Positions 48,985-61,290 of a DNA stretch of 64,000 nt are shown here, piece by piece. Where the stretch lies: contig NW_026867487.1 of the NCBI RefSeq assembly GCF_020745735.1, positions 4,853,239-4,917,238 of the forward strand. Direction: 5' to 3'. The notes beneath the pieces are model-generated. The model had not been told where the DNA came from. It saw only the letters and a program-made list of their open reading frames with translations, and made no database searches. Position 1 is the first letter of the stretch. Every line of letters starts with the position of its first letter. The translations under genes were made by a program, and so were the position numbers. The stretch is from Hemiscyllium ocellatum. Taxonomy: Eukaryota.

Positions 48985-50332
48985 AAAAACAATGACTGCA
49001 GATACTGGAACCCAGATTCTGGATCAGTGGTGCTGGAACAGCACAGCAGTTCAGGCAGCATCCAAAATGCAGCGAAACCGACGTTTCGGGCAAACGCCCT
49101 TCATCAGGATTAAAGGGAGAGAGCCTAAAGCGTGGGGAGATAAGCTAGAGGAGGCTGGGGGTGGGAATGAGGAGAAAGTAGCATAGAGTACAATGGGTGA
49201 GTGGGGGAGAGGATGAAGGTGATAGGTCAGGGAGGAGAGGGTGGAGTGGATAGGTGGAAAAGGAGCTAGGCAGGATGGACAAGTCATGGGGACAGTGTTG
49301 AGCTGGAAGTTTGGAACTAGGGTGACGTAGGGGAAAGGGAAATGAAAAAACTGTTGAAGTCCACATTGATGCCCTGGGGTCGAAGTGTTCCAAGCGGAAG
49401 ATGAGGCATTCTTCCTCCAGGCATCTGATGGTGAGGGAGCGGCAGTGAAGGAGGCCCAGGACCTCCATGTCCTCGGCAGAGTGGGAGGGGGAGTTAAAAT
49501 GTTGGGCCACGGGGCAGTGTGGCTAATTGGTGCGGGTGTCCCGGAGATGTTACCTAAAGCACTCTGCTCGGCAGTGCCCAGTGTCCCCAATGTAGAGGAG
49601 ACTGCATCAGGAGCAACAGATACAATAAATGATATTAGTGGATGTGCAGGTAAAACTTTGATGGATGTGGAAGGCTCCTTTAGGGCCTTGGATAGAGGTG
49701 AGGGAGGAGGTGTGGGCACAGGTTTTACAGTTCCTACGGTGGCAGGGGAAAGTGCCAGGATGGGAGGGTGGGTTGTAGGGGGCGTGGACCTGACTAGGTA
49801 GTCACGGAGGGAACGGTCTTTGCGGAAGGCAGAAAGGGGTGGGGAGGGAAATATATCCCTGCTGGTGGGGTATTTTTGGAGGTGGCGGAAAGGTCGACCA
49901 CCCTACAAACCTTCACATAAACCAAATCATCTGCCGACATTTCCGCCACCTCCAAAAAGACCCCACCACCGCTTCAACCCCAGGGCATCAATGTGGACTT
50001 CAACAGTTTCCTCATTTCCCCCTCCCCCACCTCATCCCAGTTCCAAATTTCCAGCTCAGCACTGTCCCCAAGACTTGTCCTACCTGCCTATCTCCTTTTC
50101 CATCTAACCACTCCACCCTCTCCTCCCTGACTTATCACCTTCATCCCCTCCCCCACTCACCCATTGTACTCGATGCTACTTTCTCCCCACCCCCACCCTC
50201 CTCTAGCTTATCTCTCCACCCTTCAGGCTCACTGCCATTATTCCTGATGAAGGGCTTTTGCCTGAAACGTCGATTTCACTGCTCCTTGGATGCTGCCTGA
50301 ACTGCTGTGCTCTTCCAGCACCACTGATCCAG
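48985..50332. mobile_element. Penelope-like element (family 1) with long inverted duplication
   Basis: Minus-strand GIY-YIG (CRNCKTC..IIYCI..LLYIG..PVAQHFNSPSHS) and pseudo-LTR 48985-49810; plus-strand copy of the same 3' end about 49970-50332; hammerhead cores at 49107-49080 (-) and 50244-50271 (+). Confidence 0.88.
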
Positions 50333-50836
50333 CATTAAAGTCAATGCCAATCAATCATGTCAAACTCTCTTGTACCTGAACTGACCTGCAATGTCGATGC
50401 CTTTCTGATTAATTTGTTAATTCTTGTCTTTTCTTATTACTCTTTGGGACATTCTCTCTGAATCCCATTCCCTTGCCAGGTTAAGCTGCATTCACCCGAA
50501 CTGCATTTCACCAAATTTCCAGCATTTCAGGTTATATCGCAGCCTCGTTATGCCTTCTCCAAACTGCTCCTGTGAAGCCCACTGAATATATCATTCCGAG
50601 TGCCTCAGAGATGAGCAAAAGGCTTGAGGCAACTTAGTTTTAACAAAGAGCTGGTTTGTATTATTTTTATCCCAAATAGGTAACTGAACCAGTGCTGTTT
50701 ACAAACATCATCGGGAATAGGGCCAGAAAGCATGGATTGGATAACAATAGCATCAAAACCCAACATTGACAATTACTACAGAATGCATTGCTGTTTAATC
50801 GGTTCTGATGAGCCACAGAATCACTTTGCAAACATT

Positions 50837-51164
50837 ATTAGATTAGATTAGACTTACAGATTAGACATACAGTGTGGAAACAGGCCCTTCGGGCCAACAA
50901 GTCCACACCGACCCGCCGAAGCGCAACCCACCCATACCCCTACATATACCCCTTACCTAACACTACGGGCAATTTAGCATGGCCAATTCACCTGACCTGC
51001 ACATCTTTGGACTGTGGGAGGAAACCGGAGCACCCGGAGGAAACCCACGCAGACACGGGGAGAATGTGCAAACTCCACACAGACAGTCGCCTGAGTCGGG
51101 AATTGAACCCGGGTCTCAGGCGCTGTGAGGCAGCAGTGCCAACCACTGTGCCACCGTGCCGCCC
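50837..51164 (-). mobile_element. V-SINE (HE1-like), young copy
   Basis: Full length with tail. Confidence 0.92.
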
Positions 51165-51329
51165 ACTATGCAGGTGGACAGTCTTTACCTGGCAGAAATG
51201 TGTTGATGTACATTGACATTGTGATTATTTTCAAAACCCATCCCACAGATACACAATTGTATCACTGCTTTATCGTCAATCATCAGCCCCTTTCATAGAG
51301 CAGGATTTAATAACACCAAAGGCAGGCAG

Positions 51330-52135
51330 CCCATGACTAATGTTCATTCCTTGGTGTCGGTGAAAGCAAAACCCTTCACCTCTGCTATTTTTGTGAATCT
51401 GCTGGTGTGTTCGCAAACCGCAAAGCCTTTTATACAAACACAGCAGGTGAACGGGATCCAGTCAGTGTCATTTCACTGTCGTGTTAACAGTTTGAAATCC
51501 CTTCCCACATACAAAAGAAGTGAATGGTCTCTCTGTAGAGTGAATAGGCTGGTGTATCAGCAAGTGAGTTGACTGAGTGACTGTTTCTCCCCAGCGTGAA
51601 CTCGCTGGTGTCTCCGCAGGTTGGACGACCGGGTAAATCCCTTCCCACAATCGGAGCAGGTGAACGCTCTCGGTCCAGTGTGAACATGCTGGTGTTCCAG
51701 GAGTTTAGATGAAGGAGTGAATCGTTTGCCACATTGAGAACAGGTGAATGGTCTCTCCCCCGTGTGAACTCGCTGGTGTATAAGTAGGTTGGACGACCAA
51801 GTGAATGCCACCCCGCAATCAGAGCGAGTGAATGGTTTGTCCCCAGTGCGACTGCGTTGGTGGATTTTCAGCATGGATGGATAAAGAAATGCCTTCCCAC
51901 AATACTCACATTTCCACAGTCTCTTCCCCAGCGTGACTGCGCTGGCGTCTGGACATCTCAGATGAAGCTTCACAGACACGCCCACGTGCAGACAATACGG
52001 GTTCCTCCCTCATGTCAACGATGATTTTTCTCTTCAAAGTTCAAAATAATAAGATAATTACGTTATGAGAAACAGAGTGACTGTCGGATCTGGATGCGGT
52101 TTCAATTGCAAATCAACCTTTAAAAAAAAAACAGT
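51330..52135 (-). pseudogene. C2H2 zinc-finger pseudogene
   Basis: 142-codon open stretch with 4 fingers (two with lost ligands, HQRSR and FTRSDC), internal deletion, and further degenerate fingers to about 51330; acceptor-like ttttaaAG near 52120. Confidence 0.82.
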
Positions 52136-52319
52136 TATTAGGAGGAACGAAAGGAACCCACAGGTTGTGAAATAGACAGCAACTAATCTGGTCAGTTCTG
52201 GAGATGACAGAGAGGGAAACTGCTGGATTAACCCTATCATTAACCAGACACTTGCTTGAATGTTGGGAGTGTGGAGTTGGAAAAGCACAGCCGGTCAGGC
52301 AGCATCCGACAAGCAGGAG

Positions 52320-52355
52320 AATTGACGTTTCGAACATAAGTTCCTCATCAGGAAT
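52320..52355 (-). ncRNA. Hammerhead motif variant with compensatory stem II
   Basis: ATTC-CTGATGA-G-GAAC-TTAT-GTTC-GAAAC-GTC. Confidence 0.65.
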
Positions 52356-52994
52356 GAAGCTCAGCCCCTTTGGCCTACAAGCCACAGGGAAATAGGTCTG
52401 GGTGGGATACTCATCAGAGGGTCGGCGTGGACTGGCTGGGACAAAGGGCCTGCTTCCACACTGTAGGGAATCTAATCTAATCTAATCTACACACTCTCGA
52501 CTCTGATCTCCAGCATCTGCAGTCCTCACTTTCTCCCAAATTCATAAATATCCTGCACAAAACTATAAGAAAGAGAGAGAGGTAGGAGAGGCATGCATGA
52601 AACAGAGAGGCATTTTATTGATCTAAACTCAATCCCGTCCCTCTTTTCTCCACATGTTCTTAACCCTTCAGAGGGATTGAAGAGTAAGTGCATATCTCCT
52701 TGAAATTGGAGGTGCAGGTAGACAGGGCGATGGAGAAGGCATTTGGAATGCTTGGCTTTCTTGGTCATTGCATTAAGTGTACGAGTGGGAAGTCATGTGT
52801 AGCTGTAGGAGACATTGGTGGGCCAGTTTTAAAAGACTGAGGGGAGTGCAAAACTGGAGGGCATAATTTTAAGGTGATAGGGGAAAGCTTGGAAGGGGCA
52901 ATCTTTTCACATAGAGGGTGGTACGTGTATGAAACAAGCTCCCAGAGGAGGTAGTGGAGACAGGTACAATTGCAACATTTAACAGGCATCTGAA

Positions 52995-53302
52995 TAGATT
53001 AGACTTACAGTGTGGAAACAGGCCCTTCGGCCCAACAAGTCCACACCGACCCGCCGAAGCGAAACCCACCCATACCCCTACATTACCCCTTACCTTACAC
53101 TATGGGCAATTTAGCATGGCCAATTCACCTGACCCGCACATCTTTGGACTGTGGGAGGAAACCGGAGCACCCGGAGGAAACCCACGCAGACACGGGGAGA
53201 ACGTGCAAACTCCACACAGTCAGTCGCCTGAGTCGGGAATTGAACCCGGGTCTTCAGGCGCTGTGAGGCAGCAGTGCTAACCACTGTGCCACCGTGCCGC
53301 CC
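52995..53302 (-). mobile_element. V-SINE (HE1-like) in a CR1 3' fragment (about 52660-53660)
   Basis: Full copy; GAATAGAT repeated at both flanks. Confidence 0.92.
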
Positions 53303-53381
53303 ACCACGGAATAGATACATGAACAGGGAGTGTTTAGAAGGGTGAGGCCAAATGTTGGCAAATGGGACTAGATCAGTTCAG

Positions 53382-53591
53382 AGTTGAAAATGTGTTGCTG
53401 GTTAAAGCACAGCAGGTCAGGCAGCATCCAAGGAATAGGAAATTCGACGTTTCGGGCATAAGCCCTTCATCAGGCTTATGCCCGAAACGTCGAATTTCCT
53501 ATTCCTTGGATGCTGCCTGACCTGCTGTGCTTTAACCATCAACACATTTTCAACTGTGATCTCCAGCATCTGCAGACCTCATTTCTTACCC
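53382..53591 (+). mobile_element. Fold-back Penelope pseudo-LTR insertion with 14-bp TSD
   Basis: 83-bp arms (1 mismatch), 8-nt loop CTTCATCA; TSD CTAGATCAGTTCAG at 53368-53381 and 53592-53605. Confidence 0.9.
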
Positions 53592-54079
53592 CTAGATCAG
53601 TTCAGGACATCTGGTTGCAATGGATGAATTAGACCAAAGGGTCTGTTTCCATGCTGTTTAAGTTTAAAGCAAAACGAGGGGAAATCCAAAATAAAATCAG
53701 AAAACAGCAGAGATGTTCAGCAGGTCTGGCAGCATCTGAGATGGGAAGAGATGCAGGAACATTACCACCTTGAAGAAATGTTTAGATGATCATACAAGGT
53801 ATTACAATACAATGCCAAGTGCTAAAAAAAAATGCAACTAGAGTAAATAGGTGCATGAATATGATAGAGACATTGTGTTGAACAATATTATACCAGACTC
53901 TGACACCTTTCTGTTCCCTGTTTCTCTGTGACTCTCTTACTTAGTAAGCAGGTAGCACTGGCAGGCACTGAAGAACGCAAATGATATATTGCCCTTCAGA
54001 GTGAGTGGATTTGAGAAGAGCAGAGGTATCTTTCTTTAAAGGGCTTTATTGATCCCACACCTGGTGCATCTTTGCTCTC

Positions 54080-54490
54080 CTTTCCTAAAGAAAGGACGAT
54101 GCCCTGGCCATTGAAAGTGCGTAGAGGAGGTTCACCAGACTGATCCCTGGGATGTCAGGACTGATGATTAACAAGATGATTAGGGGTTTAGATAGGGTTG
54201 ACCATGAGAATCTTTTTCCACGTACGGAGTCAGCTATTACGAGGGGGCATAGCTTTAAATTAAGGGGAGGTAGGTATAGGATAGATGTTAGGGGTAGATT
54301 CTTTACTCAGCGAGTCGTGAGTTCATGGAATGCCCTGCCAGTAGCAGTGGTGGACTCTCCCTCTTTATGGGCATCGGATAAGCATATGGAGGATAGTGGG
54401 CTAGTGTAGGTTAGGTGGCCTTGAGTCAGTGCAACATCGAGGGCCAAAGGGCCTGTACTGCGCTGTATTTTTCTATGTTCTATGTATGAA
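54080..54490 (+). mobile_element. CR1 3' fragment
   Basis: RGHSFKLRGGRYR.DVRGRFFTQRVV..WNALP motif and tail. Confidence 0.85.
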
Positions 54491-54599
54491 GAGAGACTCC
54501 ATCATCATTTAAATCTTCTTTTCTTTTGACTTTTTGAGCCGCTGACTGTGTCACTAACTAATATTCTACCTCCCATTTGTTAATCTGAATCTGATCCAT

Positions 54600-55500
54600 C
54601 GAAGTCGACACTTTGGTTTCCATCCCCTTGCCTTACCCGTTTAAAAGCTCACCATAGGAACTAGCAAAAGCCCCCGTTAGGAGATTTGCCCCAGCTCTGT
54701 CCAGCGGCCAACTGGTCAGGCTTGCACAACCCCAACAGAAATGGTCCCACTGCCTCAAGAATCCAAACTCCTCTCTGGTACACCATTTCGCCAGCCGCAC
54801 ATTCATCCTGCCTATCCTCTGATTCCTGCTCTCGCTAACACGTGGCACTGGGAATAAGTCGGACATTATTACATTTGAGGGCCTATCTATTAAAGTATCT
54901 CTTATCTTCCTGTTTAAGGCTTTCAGACCCTCATCACTTTGTTTACCTATGTCATTGGTACCTATGTGTTCCACAACCACAAGCTGTTCAAACGCCAGCT
55001 CCAGAATGTACTGTAGCCTCTCCATGATGTTCCTGATCCTGGCATCGAGGAGCTCATGTGCCATCCTGGATTTGTGTCTACAGCCACAGAAGTGCCTGTC
55101 TACATCCCTGAGTATTGAATGCTCTGCCAACGACAGCCATTCCTTCTCCACCAATAATGCCATGAACCTGGCTGTTGCCAGTTTCCCCCCAGGGCCACCC
55201 TCAACCACCCTTCAACCAGTATCAAAGTGGGATACCTGTTTGAGAGGCGGATGACCACTGGGGACTGCTGAACATCTTTCCTGAGCCTTTTGCTATACTT
55301 GATGGTCACCCATTCCCTTTCAGCCTGTATATTTCTCACCTGCAGTTTGACCAGCTCACTAAACATTCTGACATTCTCAGTGCGCCACATGAGTCCACTC
55401 ACAGCTCCAAAAAATAGGTAGCTAGTAGTTACAGATGGACGCATGCCTGGCACACAGAGCTGGCCCCATCACTGTAAGCTTCTCTTAATTCCCACATTGT
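54600..55500 (-). mobile_element. CR1 ORF1 (SGNH esterase-like) fragment
   Basis: 191-codon stretch with VVVEHIGTNDIG, VIMSDLFPVPR, MNVRLAKWC; catalytic GDS degenerated to EHS. Confidence 0.8.
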
Positions 55501-55759
55501 GCAAGAGGAACTCAGGTGCCTGAGGTCTCCTGTCATGACTTTTTTGTAAATTAAGGACAGCAAAGAGGGTTAGTTGAGAGTACATGATCTCGACCAGATA
55601 AGCCAATGGGCTGAGGAGTGGCAGTTGAAGTTGAATTTAGGGGCTGCACGGTGGCTCAGTGGTTAGCACTGCTACCTCACAGCACCAGGGTCCCAGGTTC
55701 AACACACACACACTTAATAGTAAGCTCCTGGGGAGTGTTACTGAATAAAGACACCTTGG

Positions 55760-56430
55760 GGTTCAGGTTCATTATTCCTTGTAAGTGGAGTCACAGGCAG
55801 ATAGGATAGGCATTTGGTATGCTTGCCTTTGTTGGTCAGAGTATCGAGCATAGGAATTAGGAGGTCATGTTGCATTTGTGCAGGACATTGGTTTGGCCAC
55901 TTTTGGAATATCATGTGTAATTCTGCTCTCTCTCCTATCGGAAGAATGTTGTGAAACTTGAAATGGTGCAGAAAAGGTTTCTAAGGATGTTGCCAAGGTT
56001 GGCGGGTTTGAGCTATAGGGAGAGGTTGAATACTGCTGTTTTGCCTGGAGTGTCGGAGGCTGAGGGGTGACCTTGTAGAGGTTTATAAAATCATGAGGAA
56101 GCGTGGATAGGGTAAATAGACAAGTTCTTTTTCCTGGATTGGGGGAGTCCAGACCTAGAAGGTGTAAGTTTCGGGTGAGAGGGGAATGATTTACAAGAGA
56201 CCTAAGGGGCACCCTTTCCCACAAAGTGTAGTGCATGTACGGCATGAGCTACCAGAGGAAGCAGTGGAGGCTGGTAACATTTAAAAGACATTTGGATGGA
56301 TACGTGATTAGGAAGGGTTTAGAGGGATATGGGCCAAGTGCTGGCAAATGGGACTAAATTGATTTAGGATATCTAGTCAGCATGGATAAGTTAGACTGAA
56401 GGGTCTGTACATCTCTAGGACTCTAAGTTA
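55760..56430 (+). mobile_element. CR1 3' fragment
   Basis: Typical CR1 RT C-terminal and 3' UTR sequence. Confidence 0.85.
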
Positions 56431-56875
56431 GTGACTCACTTTAATGGAAGTTAACTCAACTCAGGATTGTCCTTCATTTCAAACATTTCTATTATAAAGT
56501 AAAGCTCCTGCCTTTATAGCAGCTAACATATAAAACTTCAAACTGCAAGAAAATACTCCCAATTGGCTCTTGTATCAGTTTCTCAACTGGTTAAACTGAA
56601 ACGGAGCACCACACTCAATTGTTTGGTTTTACTTTCCCCTATTTCACCTCACACTCTGTTTCACCCAACACTCACATTAAGCTAAGGAGAACTCACAGAG
56701 CAGCTTTGAGATATTACTTTTCTGCTCACACCTATGCTGACTTCAGCTTTTTTCACTGCTCCAAAGCTGCTTGATGGGAGCTCAGGCAACAGCACCTCAG
56801 CTTTCAGTTCTGCCATCTATAACACTCCAGACTCAACATGGAGTTTAGGAGGTTCAGGATGAGCAGAGATATTTT

Positions 56876-57182
56876 TAGATTAGATTAGATTACTTACAGT
56901 GTGGAAACAGGCCCTTCAGTCCAACAAGTCCACACCGACCCCCCAAAGAGTAACCCACCCAGACCCATTCCCCTACATTTACCCCAACTAATGCATCTAA
57001 TACTACAGTGCAATTTAATGTGGCAAATTCACCTAACCTGCACATCTCTGGACTGTGGGAGAAAACGTGGAGGCAACCCATGCAGACACGGGGAGAATGT
57101 GCAAACTCCACACGGAAAGTTGCCCGAGATGGGAATTGAACCCGGGTCTCTGGCGCTGTAGGGCAGCAGTGCTAACCACTGC
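56876..57182 (-). mobile_element. V-SINE (HE1-like)
   Basis: Reverse-complement copy, head slightly truncated. Confidence 0.85.
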
Positions 57183-57365
57183 TCAAATTTGAGCCCATTA
57201 GAAATTTTAAAAGGAAGCTTGCAGGTATTGCAGCATGATGGGTTTGCAGCTCAAAATCATAAAGTGGGTGACTGGGACGAAATATGAGATGGAGCATACC
57301 TTGGATCAATTTATGTCCATCTTAGGCCAATTACTCTTTCCTCAGCTGCAGGGTCCAGCACATAC

Positions 57366-58075
57366 CTCAGAGGTGCACACACACACAGTCAGCCAGTCCA
57401 GGACAGAAGTCTGGAAAAGACAAATGCTATTCCTTCAGTCGCCCAGGTCCCCAGGGTCGCGCAGCTAGCCCCGCCCATCCTTCACCGCGATTGGTTGGCA
57501 GGCCGGCCGCCTCCGATTGGTCAGCCAGCCTCCTGCGACGTGCGCCACCGTCCCGTTCGCGGTGAATCTGGTTCCAGGCCATGCGCGAGGGTGGAGCTCC
57601 ACCCTCTACGTCACAATCAGGCCGGCCGATTGACGGCAGGTCACCGAACAATAGGAACAGAGTGGGCGAGCCTGGAGGACCACACGGTGGCGGCTGGTCC
57701 TCCAACCAATGGGATGGGATGGTGGGGCGGGGCGATTGTGGCAGCACGTGATCGTTAACGCCGCCGGCGGAGAGTCACGTGACCGGTGTCCGCTTCATTG
57801 CGAGAGGTACGCAGCGGAAAGGTGAGGGGCTGGGGGACAGCGGAGATTGGGAGGAACATGGAGTCAGTCTGCGCTGGGAGGTTTTATGAACACCAAATCT
57901 CGGCCGCTGGACCCGAATTAGAAATTTTCGGTTCTGCGTTTACTGCAAACGGTAAAAGCGGTTGTAGACCTCAGGCCTCCCGGGTTACCGCCGCCATCTT
58001 GTTTGGAGGCCAACTGCACCAGTGCGCATGCGTGTCACTCTCCCTGGGTGGGGGCGGGGTGGAGTGATTTGAAGG
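57366..58075. promoter_or_regulatory. Bidirectional CpG-island promoter with two candidate divergent non-coding first exons
   Basis: Several CCAAT/ATTGG; GTCACGTGAC 57773-57782; YY1 CCGCCATCTT near 57990; NRF1 TGCGCATGCG near 58023; minus donor GAG|GTATG at 57366/57365; plus donor AAG|GTGAG at 57821/57822. Confidence 0.72.
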
Positions 58076-58329
58076 TGGAGCATTCACACAACAAGTAGCA
58101 ACCAAGATAAATGTTTGTCTCTTCCAGACTTCCATTCTGGACTGACTTTTTTTTTCTTGAATTTTTTTTACAGCATGTTATTTGAGAATATCTTGAACGT
58201 TGGGATCTCAAAGCAAGTTCTGACTGTCAGGGGGATCTGAATATCATTGGCATTTACTGGTGGAAGGATAAAAGGTTTGTCTGTTTAATGTGTGGGGAAA
58301 ATATTTCTGACGTGTTTGTAAATCAAAAG

Positions 58330-58950
58330 GCAGCAAGACATTGGAATTTGTGATTAGGTCAGCCCTGGGGGTATGTGCACAGTTCTGGGTTCTGCAGCTG
58401 AGGATGATGATATTGGTGTGAGAAGGGTACAGATTTATCCAAATTATGCCTTGTCTGTTGAAAATAGCTCTCACGTCATGTTTTCCCTGAGTGTTGGAGG
58501 CTGAGGAGTGACCTTAATGAGTTGTAAAACTGTGAGGGATATGGATAGTGTAAATAGACAAGGTCTTTCCCCTGAGGTTAAAAACAATGACTGCAGATGC
58601 TGGAAACCAGATCCTGGCTTAGTGGTGCTGGAAGAGCACAGCAGTTCAGGCAGCATCCAAAGATGATCCAGAACTAGAGGGTGGAGATCTAGAATGAGAG
58701 GAGAAAAATTTAAAAGGGAACTAAGGGGCAACTTTTTCACACAGAGTGGTGCATGTATGAAATGAGCTGCCAGAGAAAGTGGTGGAGGGTGGTACAATTA
58801 CAACATTTTAAAAGATAGGTGGAAGGGGACAGGAATAGGAAGGGTTTAGAAGCATATGGTCCAAATGCTGGCAATTAGGACTCGTTTACATTATCCTAAT
58901 GTATGGCATGAAAGTTGGACTGAAGGGTCTGTTTTCATGATGTACACCAC
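58330..58950 (+). mobile_element. CR1 3' fragment with a short antisense pseudo-LTR insert (about 58578-58662)
   Basis: CR1 3' motifs. Confidence 0.78.
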
Positions 58951-59229
58951 TAACTCTATCTTGTCCTAATCACATTCTTAACATATAAATTCTTAATTCT
59001 GAAATAGCTCTAAATTTCATTTTAAAACTTCCTGATTGACTCTAATATCAGTGCTCTTTTTGTGCAGAACGTTCCGGATCCTGAAATTACTTAAGTCCAC
59101 GTTGACTCTAGAGGGTTACAAACGAGTGAACTGAAAGATGAGATGCTGTTCACTGAGCTCTCTGAGCTGTATTAGAACAGTAAAGGGGGCTGAAGAGTCC
59201 ATCTGCCACTCATTAGCCCATTGAATCAC

Positions 59230-61290
59230 AATCTCATTGAATTCTGTGGCAGGCTCCTTCGGTGTCTATTAAACCTCCAATTTTGGTGTCACCTGCAAAT
59301 GTACTAATTATACCTCCTTTGGTCACATCAAAATCATTTATATAAATGATGAAAAGCAGTGGACATAGCACTGATCCTTGTGGCATACCACTAGTCACAG
59401 GCCTCCAGTCCGAAGGGCAACCCTCCACCACTACCCCTGCTCTTCGATCTTTGAGCAAGTTCTGAATCCAGTTCTTCCTGTATTTTATGTGCTCTAACCT
59501 TGCTAACCAATCTACCATGACACACCTTGCCAAATGCCTTACTGGCGTCCACCGCTCTGCCCACGTTAATCCTCTTCTTTACTTCAAAACTCAGTCAAGT
59601 TACTGTGGCATGATTTCCCACGTACAAAGCCATGTTGACTCTTCCTGATCAGTTCTTGCCTTTCCAAATACATGTAAACCCTGTCCCTTAGGATTCCTTC
59701 TAATAGCTTGCCCATCACCGATATCAGGCTCAGCAGTCTATAATTCACTGGTTTTTCCTTACTACCTTTCTTAAATAATGGCATCACATTAGCCAACCTG
59801 CGGTCTTCCGGTACCTTGCCTGTGCCTATCAATGATCCAAATATCTCAACAGTGGGTGGGGGTCTATACTACAATCCCAATAAGGTGATAAGCCCTTTTT
59901 TTTAAACTTCTCAGTTCCATGTTCCAGGAATATCTGAAAGTACAGACATAATGTTATCCCTTATCAAAAATGCCACTCCCTTTCTCTCCTGCACCTCTTT
60001 CTATCCTTCTTTATAGTGTTTGTATCCTGGACTATTAAGCTGCCAGTCCTGTCCATTCCTGAGCCACGTTTCTGTAATTGCTTTGACATCCCAGTCTAAT
60101 TTTCCTGACCATTCTCTGCATTCATCTCCCTTCCCTGTTAGGCCTCTTGCATTGAAATAAATCCAGTTTAATTTACCTTCTCTTAATGGACTTAACTGAC
60201 ACATCCCTGTATGCAATGTGCAATTTAGCATAGCCACTTCACCTAACTTGCACATCTTTGGATTGTGGGAGGAAACCCATGCAGACACGGGAGAATGCAA
60301 ACTCCACATAGACAGTCGCCCGAGGCTGGAATCGAAATCTGGTCCCTGGTGGTGTGAGGCAGCAGTGCTAACCACTGAGCCACCACATCGCCCTCTTCTA
60401 CCCCGGAAGACAGTCCAATAATCCAAAAATGTGAACTCTTCTCCCCTGCACCGGCTCCTCAGCCACACATTTATCTGCTCTATCCTCCAATTCCTACCTT
60501 CACTAGCTTGTAGCTTCAGATAGTACTACCCTCGATGACTCTTTAAAATTCTGTCTGGCTTTATATTCTTTCTTTAGAGCCTCATCCTTTTTCCTTCCTG
60601 TGTCGTTAGTTCCAATGTGTCCAATGACCGCTCACTGGTCCCACTCTCCTTTTCAGAATATTCTGCACTGTCTCTGATATCCTTGGTGTTGGCACCACAC
60701 CATTCTGATTTCTCGCTGTCAGCCTCATAAATGCATCTGTGCCTCTGATTACAGAATCCCCTATCACAATTGATTGCTTGGAACCTGGCATACTCCTCGT
60801 TACATTACAACCAGTCTTGGTACCAGAAACTTGGTTGCTCATGCTACATTCCCCTGAGAGTAAATCAGCCCCTACGTTTTCCAAAACAGCATACTTGTTT
60901 CAGAAGGGGATAGCCACAGGAAGCTCCTGCACTACCTGCTTCTGTCTACCTTTTTTGGCAGCAACCCATCTGCCTGACTGGTATCTGCCATTTTTCTCCA
61001 CTTCTATAACTGCAATCCAAAACGGCCCCTCGCTCATGTAAATTACTCATTGCCTCTAACTGCCCCTCCAGCTGATCCATGCAATCTGATTGCGTTCGCA
61101 AACAAACACACTTACTGCAAACATAACCATCAGTAACATGGAAATTCTCCCTAATATCCCAAACCCGACAGGAGGAGCACATCACTCGACTAAATGCAAC
61201 CTTTACACTTCAACAATCTACAGAAAATAGCACTGTCTTACTGCTCTATAAAAAAACTGCTCCAGGCTAACTTAGTACCTATGTTTTATA
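59230..61290 (-). mobile_element. Internally deleted CR1 (ORF1 zinc finger and esterase, APE start, RT pieces) with a partial V-SINE at about 60215-60385
   Basis: [68 protein letters not shown]. Confidence 0.85.

Noticed and set aside
54633-55208. 191-aa SGNH-like ORF as a domesticated esterase
   Set aside because: Catalytic GDS is lost, the start is not ATG, and the flanking frames are broken; ordinary CR1 ORF1 decay.
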